Positions 46,713 through 55,473 of a stretch of 64,000 nt of DNA are shown piece by piece. Within the stretch, counting starts at the first letter, position 1; every line of letters begins with the position of its first letter. Source of the DNA: Myxococcota bacterium (GTDB lineage: Bacteria > Myxococcota_A > UBA9160 > UBA6930); NCBI GenBank assembly GCA_965223705.1, contig OZ245015.1, positions 2,368,001 to 2,432,000 of the forward strand, given 5' to 3'. The position numbers were made by a program, and so were the translations under genes. Under the pieces are notes generated by a model, which was not told the DNA's origin, ran no database searches, and worked only from the letters and a program-made list of their open reading frames with translations.

Positions 46713-47990
46713 ATGAGCACCCAAATCGAAAACCGACCCGAAGCCCGTCTGCCCGACTGGGACAACACCAACCCCGTCAAGGAGCGCTATCCGGAAATCG
46801 ATACACCTCCGATTCCCATCGAAGCCTATGTCTCCGAAGACTTCTTCGAAGCGGAGCGCGAGAAGATCTTCAAGAAGAAATGGCTCTACGCCGGTCGCAT
46901 GGAACGGCTGCAGAAGCCCGGCGACTACTTCGTCAACACCATGGAGGTGCTCCGCACGAAGAAGGACGGGACCTACCCGTCGTTCGTGATCACCCGTGAC
47001 GATCACGGCGAAGTCCGGGCGTTCTACAACGCGTGCAAGCACCGCGGCACCAAGGTTTGCTGGGACGACTCCGAGACCTGGGAGAGCAGCAACCGCAAGT
47101 ACTTCACCTGTCGTTTCCACGGCTGGGTGTACGGAAACGACGGCAGCCTCAAACACGTTCCCGACGAGAATCAGTTCTTCGATCTCAACAAGGCGGAACG
47201 CGGCCTCACGCCGGTGCACTGCGCGGTATGGAAGGACTTCATCTTCATCAATGTCGACCCCGCTCCGAGCCAAACGCTCGAAGAGCAGCTCGGCCCGCAC
47301 GCGACGAACTTGAAGGATTTCCCGTTCGAGCGACTCCGCAAGACCGGCATCTGGACCGCGGTGATGGACTGCAACTGGAAAGTCGCGATCGACGCGTTCC
47401 AAGAGGGCTACCACGTCGCGACCGTGCACGCGGGAACCATGCCCAACGCGTTCAACGGCTCGCTGAACCCCTACTGCCGGCCCACTTCGGTGCGCGTCTA
47501 TCCCGGCGGCAACCGCTCGATCACGTTTATGGTGTCGCCCGAGTACAAACCGGACGAGCTCGAAATGTGGGTGCGCCAGCGCGGAGCGAACTGGTACGCC
47601 GCTGCCGAAGACGGTTCCACGAACGACTTCGTCGGCGTGAACCCCGAGAACGATCCCTTCTTCGCGTTCGACTGCCACGGGATCTTCCCGAATTTGCTGG
47701 TCGATCCGTTCATCGGTGGGTTCTACGGTCATGAGTTCTGGCCGATCACGGTCAACAAAACGCGCTGGATCGGAAGCATCAACTTCCTCGCCCCGCAGAA
47801 ACCGAGCGACATTCTGTCGAACGAGCACGGGAAGATCTTGCTGCGTGATGCGTTCCGCGAGGACACCGTCACCCTCGACGCGTCTCAGGAAGGGATCGAG
47901 TCCGGAGGCCTCACCGACGTCATCATGTGCGACCACGAGATGGCGCCCCGCCACCTGTACAACGCGGTGGTCGAGATGGTGAACTCGTGA
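46713..47990 (+). CDS. Rieske non-haem iron oxygenase alpha subunit 3
   Basis: CKHRG...CRFHGW; NWK..DAFQEGYHVATVH and REDT motifs; GGAG SD. Confidence 0.93.
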   Translation: MSTQIENRPEARLPDWDNTNPVKERYPEIDTPPIPIEAYVSEDFFEAEREKIFKKKWLYAGRMERLQKPGDYFVNTMEVLRTKKDGTYPSFVITRDDHGEVRAFYNACKHRGTKVCWDDSETWESSNRKYFTCRFHGWVYGNDGSLKHVPDENQFFDLNKAERGLTPVHCAVWKDFIFINVDPAPSQTLEEQLGPHATNLKDFPFERLRKTGIWTAVMDCNWKVAIDAFQEGYHVATVHAGTMPNAFNGSLNPYCRPTSVRVYPGGNRSITFMVSPEYKPDELEMWVRQRGANWYAAAEDGSTNDFVGVNPENDPFFAFDCHGIFPNLLVDPFIGGFYGHEFWPITVNKTRWIGSINFLAPQKPSDILSNEHGKILLRDAFREDTVTLDASQEGIESGGLTDVIMCDHEMAPRHLYNAVVEMVNS

Positions 47991-49753
47991 GACGAGCCTC
48001 GAGGTTTCTTTTCGCGTGCGCGCTGCTCGCGGCGGCGAACCTCGCCGAGGCGGGTCAGGTCAGCGGCAGCGTTGTCGACGAGCAAGGCCAGCCGATCCCC
48101 TTCGTGCGCATCCTCGTTGCGATTCCCGGAGGATCGCCCGCAACCGTCTCGGTGTGGAGCGCTGCCGACGGGAGTTTCGCCTCGCCGCCGCTGTCGGTGT
48201 CCGGCGACGCGATCCAGGCCTCCTCGTTCCGGATCGGCTGGGAGGAGACCTCGCGAGATCGCACGACGACCGGGGACGACGTGACGCTCAAGATCGCGAT
48301 GAAGCGGATCGGCAACGTCGCGCACCAGGTCCCCGCATCGGCGTGGATACCGGGCGAACCCGGCGAACGGGCCTACCACACCCTGGTCCACGAGTGCTCG
48401 AACTGTCACCAGATGAGCGCCGACCGCGTTCGCCGCTTCGCGTCGACCCTGGCGGAGGCCGACGAGCAGGCTCGCACCCTCGCTTGGGAGGGTATCGTCC
48501 AGATGATGCGCGGTGTGGCCTTCACCATGGGCCCCTCTGGCCAGGCCCAGCTCCGCTGGGGCCTCACGCCGGAGTCACCGGACTACCAAGCCGCGCTCGC
48601 GCCCGAGACGAGCTTCTTCCTGCCGAAGGATATGGATCTCGTGGTGCCGCTCTTGGCAAAATCCTTCCCTTCGAGTTTCGACGAGCTGACGGGGTACGAC
48701 GACGTCAACGAACTCGGCGACTACGGCGTCACGAAAAACACCGTCGTCGAAGAATTCGTCTTGCCGAGCTTTGGCTGGACGCGGGAGGTGGCCATCGCTC
48801 CTGGATCGCCTCTCGTCTGGTTCGTCGAGCTCGACGGCGACCGGTTGGGAAGCCTCGATCCGAAGACGGGCGAGGTCAATTGGTACGACGTGCCGGGTGA
48901 AGGGCCGCAGGGACCGCACACGATCAACGCCGACGCCGAGGGCGGCCTGTGGATCGCGCTCGAAGAGAGCTACGGGATTGCGCGTTTCGACACGAAGACC
49001 ACGCAATGGAAGGTCTACCCGCCGCCTCCGGACGTCAAGTTCGCCATCACCCACGACACGGCGTTCAACGAGTTGCGCCAGATCGAGATCGATTCCGAGC
49101 GGAAGATCTGGCTCACCCTGATCGGGATCAATGAGCTTTGGAGCGTTCACGTCGACAGCGGAAAGATCGAGCGGTATCCCATGCCGCTTCCCGAAGACGA
49201 GGAGCTCTTTCATGTGTTCCTCTACGGAGCGGTGATGGAGCCGGGCGGGAAGCGGGTCTGGTGGTCTCAACTCCACGGCAGTGTCGGCGCCTTCAACACC
49301 GAAACGAAAGAGGTCGACCGGCTGATCCCGCTCCCCCAGGGTGCCGCACCCCGGCGTATGGCGATTCAAGCGGACGGCATGCTCTGGGTGCCGCTCTTCG
49401 GCGAAGGCCAGCTTCTCAAGCTCGACACCAACACGGGCGAGGAAGTCGCCCGCTATGACCTGCCCGATCGCGCCGCGGCGTCGTATTCCGTGACGATCGA
49501 TCCCAAGCGGAAGGCGATCTGGGTGGGGACGACGAACTCCGATCGGATCTACCGCTTCGACATCGCCGACGCGCGCTGGCGACAATACCCGCTCCCGCGC
49601 AAAGAGGCGTATCTCCGATCGATCGAGCTCGATCACGAGACCGGCGACCTATGGACGAGTTACGCGAACCTGCCGGTCGGAAAACGCGATCCCGAAGTGT
49701 TTGGCTCCGAGAGCGCAAACAACATGATCGTACGACTGCGGCCGGGTGACTAG
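47987..49753 (+). CDS. Secreted protein: carboxypeptidase-regulatory-like beta-sandwich, haem c site and Vgb (streptogramin lyase)-like beta-propeller
   Basis: Signal peptide; VSGSVVDEQGQPIP domain; CSNCH at 48395-48409; repeated blades (WF.E..G.LDP.TG, P....D..G.LW); GTGA overlap with alpha 3. Confidence 0.8.
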   Translation: MRRASRFLFACALLAAANLAEAGQVSGSVVDEQGQPIPFVRILVAIPGGSPATVSVWSAADGSFASPPLSVSGDAIQASSFRIGWEETSRDRTTTGDDVTLKIAMKRIGNVAHQVPASAWIPGEPGERAYHTLVHECSNCHQMSADRVRRFASTLAEADEQARTLAWEGIVQMMRGVAFTMGPSGQAQLRWGLTPESPDYQAALAPETSFFLPKDMDLVVPLLAKSFPSSFDELTGYDDVNELGDYGVTKNTVVEEFVLPSFGWTREVAIAPGSPLVWFVELDGDRLGSLDPKTGEVNWYDVPGEGPQGPHTINADAEGGLWIALEESYGIARFDTKTTQWKVYPPPPDVKFAITHDTAFNELRQIEIDSERKIWLTLIGINELWSVHVDSGKIERYPMPLPEDEELFHVFLYGAVMEPGGKRVWWSQLHGSVGAFNTETKEVDRLIPLPQGAAPRRMAIQADGMLWVPLFGEGQLLKLDTNTGEEVARYDLPDRAAASYSVTIDPKRKAIWVGTTNSDRIYRFDIADARWRQYPLPRKEAYLRSIELDHETGDLWTSYANLPVGKRDPEVFGSESANNMIVRLRPGD

Positions 49754-50306
49754 AGCGCACCGGTTCGCGTGGGCGTCTTTCGCCCTACTCCTCACGTTCT
49801 CGGCGCTTTCGGCGCGGGGCGAAGGAGAAGCTTCTGAAATCATCGAGCTCGGCAACCTGCGCCTCGAGGACGTGTGGATCAGGTCCGCGATCGGAAGCCG
49901 TCACGCGAAACTCTTCTTTACGTTTCGCAACCTCGGCCCCGACGACCGCTTGATCGTCGTCCGGTCGCAGCACGCATCGGGCCCCACGTTCTTCCGCACC
50001 GTCCGTCGCGGCCCATCGGGTCGCGAAGTCCGCACCGCGGAAGCAATCCCGATTCCGAGCACCCACCGTCCCTACGAGCTGAGCGAAGTCGGCCATTACG
50101 TGGAACTCACGGACCTCGAAAGGCCGCTCGTCATGGGCAGCCAACTGCCGGTGAGGCTCGAATTCGAGGGTGCTGGAAGCGTGACTCTCGACGTGACGAA
50201 CCGCTTCCACTCGCCGAGGCTCGCACGGCGGATTCGCGAGGCCATTCGCGCGAACGATGTCGAGAAATTGCGCGCGCTTCAGGAAGGCGAGAGGCCAGCG
50301 CGCTGA
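49746..50306 (+). CDS. Periplasmic PCuAC (copper chaperone)-fold protein with degenerate metal ligands
   Basis: Signal peptide; L.LEDVWIR, F..RN.G.DDRL, IPIP and L..L..PL..G..LPV.LEFEGAG.V pattern of PCuAC; His/Met ligand set not evident. Confidence 0.68.
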   Translation: MTRAHRFAWASFALLLTFSALSARGEGEASEIIELGNLRLEDVWIRSAIGSRHAKLFFTFRNLGPDDRLIVVRSQHASGPTFFRTVRRGPSGREVRTAEAIPIPSTHRPYELSEVGHYVELTDLERPLVMGSQLPVRLEFEGAGSVTLDVTNRFHSPRLARRIREAIRANDVEKLRALQEGERPAR

Positions 50307-50827
50307 TCGCTCTCTGGGCCGAGAGCTCCCTCGTGGCGCAAGAGCCAACGTTTGCGCTCGATTCCGCCGCCGTAGCCCGTGAGATCGCCGCGCGCCCCGA
50401 CGACCCGATGGCAAGGCACAACGATGGCGACGGGGTTCGCACCGTTGGCGGCCCCCACGGCCCGTACCGCTTTTCTGTGCCCGATACGGGCGGCCAGGGC
50501 GCTGTAACTGACGGAGGAGCCGACCGGAATCTCGCGCAGGGCGTCCCAGACGCGCTGTTGAAAGGGTGTGCCGACCGCTGCGACCTCGACCCGGGCGAGC
50601 GCCGCGAAGTCTCCTTCGAAGTACGCCTCGATGGCCTCTCGCGCGCTCGAGGGCGTCGCCACGGGGGCGGGTTCCTCCAGCCCCCAACGCCTCATCCATT
50701 TGTTCAAGCGATTGTTGAAGTCTTCGAATTCGAGCGCCAACAACCGCTCCTCGTCATTGTGAACCGCGACCACCCGGCCGATCGGAGTCTCGATCTTCTC
50801 GATCCAACAGACCTCAGGCTGCCGCAC
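50279..50827 (-). CDS. ogt: Methylated-DNA-protein-cysteine S-methyltransferase
   Basis: GTPFQQRVW, RAVGAANG.NP..IVVPCHRV and LTGYGGG motifs. Confidence 0.94.
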   Translation of the reverse strand: MRQPEVCWIEKIETPIGRVVAVHNDEERLLALEFEDFNNRLNKWMRRWGLEEPAPVATPSSAREAIEAYFEGDFAALARVEVAAVGTPFQQRVWDALREIPVGSSVSYSALAARIGHRKAVRAVGAANGANPVAIVVPCHRVVGARGDLTGYGGGIERKRWLLRHEGALGPESDQRAGLSPS

Positions 50828-52292
50828 GTCCCCCCCCTTTGCGCTCGCCGAGATGGGACCAGAGGTGTAGCGCCGCGTAGGCGCGCCAGGGACGCCAGGC
50901 CTCTGCACGCGTTCGCAGCGCCGCCGTTTTCGGCCGCGGGGCCTCGCCGACGCGTAGCGCTTCCTGAAGGCCGATGTCTCCCGCCGGGAAGGCGTCGCGA
51001 TCTCGGAGCGCTCGCATGGCGATGTACTGGGCGGTCCAGTCGCCAACGCCGGGAATTTCGCGAAGCCGTGGGATGACCCGATCAGGGTTTTCTGTTCCCG
51101 AGAGGAGGCCTGGGGCATCGAGGGCTGCCTGGGCTAGGCCAGCGAGTGCCTGGGCGCGCGCCCGCGGAATTCCGATGACCCGAAGATCCACGCCGGTGAG
51201 ACGCTCCGGAGAGGGAAAACGATGCGTCAGCCCCCCTCCTGCGTCCCGCTGCCGCGTGCCAAAGCGCGCCACAAGTCGACCCGATAGCGTCGTCGCGCCG
51301 GCGACGGTGACTTGCTGGCCCAGCAACGCACGAACGGCGAGCTCGAACCCCTCCCACGCGCCGGGGACCCGCAGTCCCGGACGCCGCTCGACGAGCGGAG
51401 CCAGTGCCGGATCTCGAGCGAGGTCACGGGAGATAGCCTCGGGATCGGCCCGGAGATCGAAGAGATCGCGAACACGCTCGACGATCTCATGGAGTGCGGC
51501 CACCTCCGGGAAGTGCACGTCGAGGAGAAGACCCTGACGGTTCTCGGCGTGACGTACGCAGATTTCTCCGACCGAACGATCGAGCGCGATGGTTCGGCGA
51601 TACGACTCGCTCGCTTCAACGCACTCGACACCGGGAATGGCGCGCTTGGCCAGGAACTCGAGCACGCCGTACCAATCGTAAGGTGGGACATAGGGGAGAA
51701 AAATCGACACGCCGAGCGCCGCTTTCGCGCGGCCCGCCATTCCTCGGCGAAGCTCTCGCGGGGTGCGGCCATAGAGATCACGCATCGCCGAGTTGAACCG
51801 GCGCACGCTCCCATAGCCCGCCGCGGATGCGACTTCGACCAGGGGCAACGCGGTCTCGGTGACCAACTGCTTGGCGAAGAGCGCCCGGCGAGTCGCAGCG
51901 ACCGTGTGCGGCGATGCCCCGAGGTGCTTCCGAAACAAGCGGCGCAGTTGCCGCTCGCCGACGCCGACCCGTTCGGACAACGCCGGCACATCCCCGTGAT
52001 CGAGCGCTCCGATCGCGATGAGCTTGAGCGCCCGGGAAACGGTTCGCGCCGTGCCCACCCAACCTGCGAGCTCTGGTGAGCGCTCGGGGCGGCAGCGAAG
52101 ACAGGGGCGGAAACCCGCGCCCTGCGCGGCCGCCGCACTCGGGACGAACACCACGTGTTCTGCCTTCGGCGTGCGGGCCGGGCAGATTGGACGGCAGTAG
52201 ATTCCGGTTGTTGTAACGCAGGCGAAGAAACGACCGTCAAAGCGCGGATCCCGGCTTTGCAGCACGCGGTAGCAAGCGGCGGCGTCGAGCAT
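50814..52292 (-). CDS. alkA: Ada Zn/AraC-AlkA fusion (DNA-3-methyladenine glycosylase 2)
   Basis: TTGIYCRPICPA, FRPCLRCRPE, AraC HTH, AlkA_N region, GQQVTV and HhH PGVGDWTA..FP..D. Confidence 0.93.
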   Translation of the reverse strand: MLDAAACYRVLQSRDPRFDGRFFACVTTTGIYCRPICPARTPKAEHVVFVPSAAAAQGAGFRPCLRCRPERSPELAGWVGTARTVSRALKLIAIGALDHGDVPALSERVGVGERQLRRLFRKHLGASPHTVAATRRALFAKQLVTETALPLVEVASAAGYGSVRRFNSAMRDLYGRTPRELRRGMAGRAKAALGVSIFLPYVPPYDWYGVLEFLAKRAIPGVECVEASESYRRTIALDRSVGEICVRHAENRQGLLLDVHFPEVAALHEIVERVRDLFDLRADPEAISRDLARDPALAPLVERRPGLRVPGAWEGFELAVRALLGQQVTVAGATTLSGRLVARFGTRQRDAGGGLTHRFPSPERLTGVDLRVIGIPRARAQALAGLAQAALDAPGLLSGTENPDRVIPRLREIPGVGDWTAQYIAMRALRDRDAFPAGDIGLQEALRVGEAPRPKTAALRTRAEAWRPWRAYAALHLWSHLGERKGGGRAAA

Positions 52293-52402
52293 CAACCGAA
52301 ATATGTCAGATAGCGGCAATCCCGTCTGGCCGTTTTCGGACCCCGTGAACGGAGCGTCTCGGGCAGTGGTACGCTTTCGGGAACCTCCCGAGGAGAGTTC
52401 TA

Positions 52403-52852
52403 ATGAATGATGAGACGCGACGCCTCGTTGACGAAGCCGCCATCCGAGGCGTGATCGATCGCTACTGCCACGCGGTAGATCGCGGGACCGCAGAAGAGGT
52501 CGCCACCCTCTTCCATCCGGAAGGCACGCTCGTCGCGACCTGGGAGGACGATGGCCTCTACAAGGGACGGGCCGCCGTCCACGGCTGGTACGACAACTAC
52601 ATGAAGAATTTTCGCTCCCAGCTCTCTCATCTCCGACACAAGATTTCAAACGTCCTGATCGACCTCGAAGGCGATGAGGCACGCGCCGTGTCGTACCTCG
52701 ACGCCGACGCCATTGTTGCGGGCGAGACCGAGCCCGAGACGTGCATCGGGCGCTACGACGACCGATTCATTCGCGACGGCGGTACGTGGACGTTCAAAGA
52801 GCGTGCAATCGTGATCTACCACGCCACGCCCGGAATCAGCGACCGGCTGTAG
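52403..52852 (+). CDS. SnoaL-like/NTF2 family protein
   Basis: LVDEAAI..RYCHAVD, H.ISN, GRYDD and WTFKER pattern; GAGGAG SD. Confidence 0.88.
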   Translation: MNDETRRLVDEAAIRGVIDRYCHAVDRGTAEEVATLFHPEGTLVATWEDDGLYKGRAAVHGWYDNYMKNFRSQLSHLRHKISNVLIDLEGDEARAVSYLDADAIVAGETEPETCIGRYDDRFIRDGGTWTFKERAIVIYHATPGISDRL

Positions 52853-53318
52853 GCTCCTCGCGTCGAACGCCGGTCTCGGTTCGGATGAGGCCCGGGTCGC
52901 GGCGAACCAATGCGTCGAAGAACGCCGGCTTGTCGTGCACGGCGATGAAGATCCGTCCGTCGGGTCCGTAGTCGATGCGCAGGCGGTCGAACGAAGCGGC
53001 GTGAGACGAACGCGGATCGCGACTCGGCTCGACGGAGCGAATCGCCGCGATGGACGTGATCCTGCCGGCGAAGGGCCATCCTCCCTGCGCATCGAGGTAG
53101 CCGTCGCCGGTCAAGACGTACCGGACCGATGAAACATGCGAAGGAACGGCCACGAAGAGCACACCCAGAAAGCCGAGGAGGATCGCGCCGAGGGGGCCCC
53201 GCTTGAGGACGCTGCCCGTGGTCCGCTTCCAGGCGAAGGGCGCCCCGAAAAGCATGGCGAGCCCTGCCCCGTAGAAGACGAGCGAAAACCACAAGTCGAC
53301 TTTCGCGGGGAAGACCAT
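52836..53318 (-). CDS. Membrane-anchored bacterial PH-domain protein
   Basis: F.AKVDLW, two TM segments, AASFDRLRIDYG motif. Confidence 0.75.
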   Translation of the reverse strand: MVFPAKVDLWFSLVFYGAGLAMLFGAPFAWKRTTGSVLKRGPLGAILLGFLGVLFVAVPSHVSSVRYVLTGDGYLDAQGGWPFAGRITSIAAIRSVEPSRDPRSSHAASFDRLRIDYGPDGRIFIAVHDKPAFFDALVRRDPGLIRTETGVRREEPTAGR

Positions 53319-53343
53319 CCGGGCCGACTTCTTGTGCCGTCAG

Positions 53344-54147
53344 CTACGCGAGAAAGTCGAGTACTGCGGGCGTTGCCGTCTCGGGGGCTTCCAGTGTCGG
53401 GCAGTGGCCGGTGTCGGGGATCATGAGCACCTGGCTCTCGGGCAAGTACTTCGCGAACTCCTTCGCGTAGACCGACGAGATCAGGCTGTCCTTCTCGCCC
53501 CACACGACGAGTGATGGCGCCGTGACCCGGTGGATTCTCTTCGCGAGTCCCTTGTCGGGAATCGGCCAGATGACCTTGCTCGTGCAGGCCAGCGTCCAGA
53601 CCAGGGAGATCTCGGCATCCGCTTTCCCCGCCGGATCGTCGGGCATCGCGAGGTATTTCACGACTTCGGGGGCGTCGAGCTTGTGGAAGAGCACTTTCGG
53701 GAGATCTTCCGCCGGGACCGCCGTGTACGTGGCGCAGGAATAAGGCGCCTCCTCGAGCCACAGGCCGATCGGCGTGATGACGACCAGCTTCTTGACCGCC
53801 TCACGACGCTGCGCGGCCAGCTCGCACGCGAGCATGCCACCGAACGAATGGCCCACCAGGTGGATCGGGCCCAGGTCGAGCTCGTTCAATAAATCGTCGT
53901 AGGCGAGCACGGCGTCCCAGAGGTCGTCGATGCGTTCGATCGCCTGGGGGTCCGACGCATGGGTTCCGGGAAAATACGGCGCGTAGACCGTGTAGTTCTC
54001 GGCGAGCGATCCCATGAAGGAATCCCATTTGAGGCCTCCCGCGCTGTGCAGGTAGAGGAGCGGCGGGCCGCTGCCCGCGACCTCGACCCGGATCGTGAGG
54101 TCGCCTCCGAGAACGTCGACGTTGCGCGTTGTGGGGGTGGTCATCAT
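53344..54147 (-). CDS. Alpha/beta fold hydrolase
   Basis: GSGPPLLYLH, GHSFGG nucleophile elbow, WGEKD and GH catalytic residues; ATGA overlap with upstream LLM. Confidence 0.9.
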   Translation of the reverse strand: MMTTPTTRNVDVLGGDLTIRVEVAGSGPPLLYLHSAGGLKWDSFMGSLAENYTVYAPYFPGTHASDPQAIERIDDLWDAVLAYDDLLNELDLGPIHLVGHSFGGMLACELAAQRREAVKKLVVITPIGLWLEEAPYSCATYTAVPAEDLPKVLFHKLDAPEVVKYLAMPDDPAGKADAEISLVWTLACTSKVIWPIPDKGLAKRIHRVTAPSLVVWGEKDSLISSVYAKEFAKYLPESQVLMIPDTGHCPTLEAPETATPAVLDFLA

Positions 54148-55373
54148 TCGTCCCCCTCGCTCGGCCGCACGGCGCCCGACGGCCACCAGCGGTTTTCCCA
54201 GCCCTCATCGCGCCACATCGGCCGCAATTTCGGCATCACCTTCTCCCCGAAGAGCCGGATATTTTCTTTCGTCACTTCGTGGTTCATCGAGCCGAACTGC
54301 AGAAGCACCATGAGGTTTCCGATGCGCAGTCGCTGCGAGATTTCGCTCAATTGCTCGAGCACGCTGTCGGGGCTGCCGGTCACGAGGAAGCCCTGATCCT
54401 TGAAGTAGCCGTAGTCGTGCTCGGCGAAGCTCAGGTAGGAGGGAATCGGGCGCTTCTTGATGAACGTGCGGAGGCTCTCGTAGGTCATGTGACCCGGAGG
54501 GGCCGCCATCTCGTCCGGGAGCCGGAGCATCTTCTGATAGAAGTACTCCGCGGCCGGTCCGTAGATTCGGTCGGCCTCCTCGTCAGTTGCGGCCACGCCC
54601 ACAGGCAGCATGAAGCCCAATCGGTACGGGTTCTGGTCCCTGCCCTTCTTCGCGACCGTGTCCCAATAGCCTTCGACGTAGTGCTCGGCGCCGGCGGCCC
54701 CGAAGTAGGTCAGGGCCGCGTAGAGGTAGTCGTTCTCGGCGGTGAAGTCCCAGGTCGACGGACTGGCGACACCGGGAATCCAGATCGGCGGGTGCGGCTG
54801 CTGGACCGGGCGCGGCCACATGTTCACCATGGGTAGCTGATAGTACTTGCCGTTCCAGGCGAAGATCTCTTCTTCGGTCCACGCCTTCTTCATCAGATCG
54901 TGGGCCTCGCGGTAGCGCCCGCGCTGTTCCACCGGCGTTTTTCCGTAGCTGAAAGCGAAGTCGCCGCCGAGGCCGACCGGGAGCCCTGCAACAACGCGGC
55001 CGTTGCTGATGCAGTCGAGCATCGCGTATTCCTCGGCGGCCCGGATCGGCGGATCCATGAAGGGCTGCGTGACCCCGAGTTGCACCAACGCGGTCCCCAA
55101 CTTCTCGGTCATCTTGGCGAGGGCGGTGCCCATCATGTTCGGGTTCACCATGAAGCCGTAGCAGTTCTGGTGGTGCTCGTTGACGCAGACACCGTCGAAA
55201 CCGACCTCTGCGGCGTAGGCGAGCTCGTCGAGGGTCCAGTTGTAGTACTGCACCACCTTCTGCGGATCGGCGAAGTCGGCCCACTTGATGTCGAACCACG
55301 CGGAGCGGTAGCGCTTCTCGAAATCGTCGGGCACGTCGCGGTAGGGCATGAGGTGAAACATCGAGATCTTCAT
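54144..55373 (-). CDS. LLM class flavin-dependent oxidoreductase (NEHH subfamily)
   Basis: FHLMPY, VNEHHQ, AEEYAMLD..SNGR and WPRPVQQPHPPIWIPG motifs; AGGAGG SD. Confidence 0.92.
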   Translation of the reverse strand: MKISMFHLMPYRDVPDDFEKRYRSAWFDIKWADFADPQKVVQYYNWTLDELAYAAEVGFDGVCVNEHHQNCYGFMVNPNMMGTALAKMTEKLGTALVQLGVTQPFMDPPIRAAEEYAMLDCISNGRVVAGLPVGLGGDFAFSYGKTPVEQRGRYREAHDLMKKAWTEEEIFAWNGKYYQLPMVNMWPRPVQQPHPPIWIPGVASPSTWDFTAENDYLYAALTYFGAAGAEHYVEGYWDTVAKKGRDQNPYRLGFMLPVGVAATDEEADRIYGPAAEYFYQKMLRLPDEMAAPPGHMTYESLRTFIKKRPIPSYLSFAEHDYGYFKDQGFLVTGSPDSVLEQLSEISQRLRIGNLMVLLQFGSMNHEVTKENIRLFGEKVMPKLRPMWRDEGWENRWWPSGAVRPSEGDE

Positions 55374-55473
55374 GAGTCGTTCCTCCTAGACCGGCTGGCG
55401 CGTGAATATAGACGATCGGGAGAGCCCGGTCCCCGAGCGGAGCGTCCGATAGACTCAGGGGATCGGAGGTCCC

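Noticed and set aside
47987..49753. Streptogramin B resistance gene (vgb)
   Set aside because: Similarity is only at the propeller-repeat level; signal peptide, extra domains and haem motif are unlike true Vgb.
52296..52345. Possible Ada-box operator upstream of ada-alkA (CTGGCCGTTTTCGGAC region)
   Set aside because: The position is plausible, but I cannot match it to a consensus with confidence without an alignment of orthologous promoters.
52403..52852. SnoaL/NTF2 proteins as the missing Rieske beta subunits
   Set aside because: They lie outside the cluster, separated by ogt/alkA or much farther away, and resemble generic SnoaL-like proteins; cannot be fully excluded.
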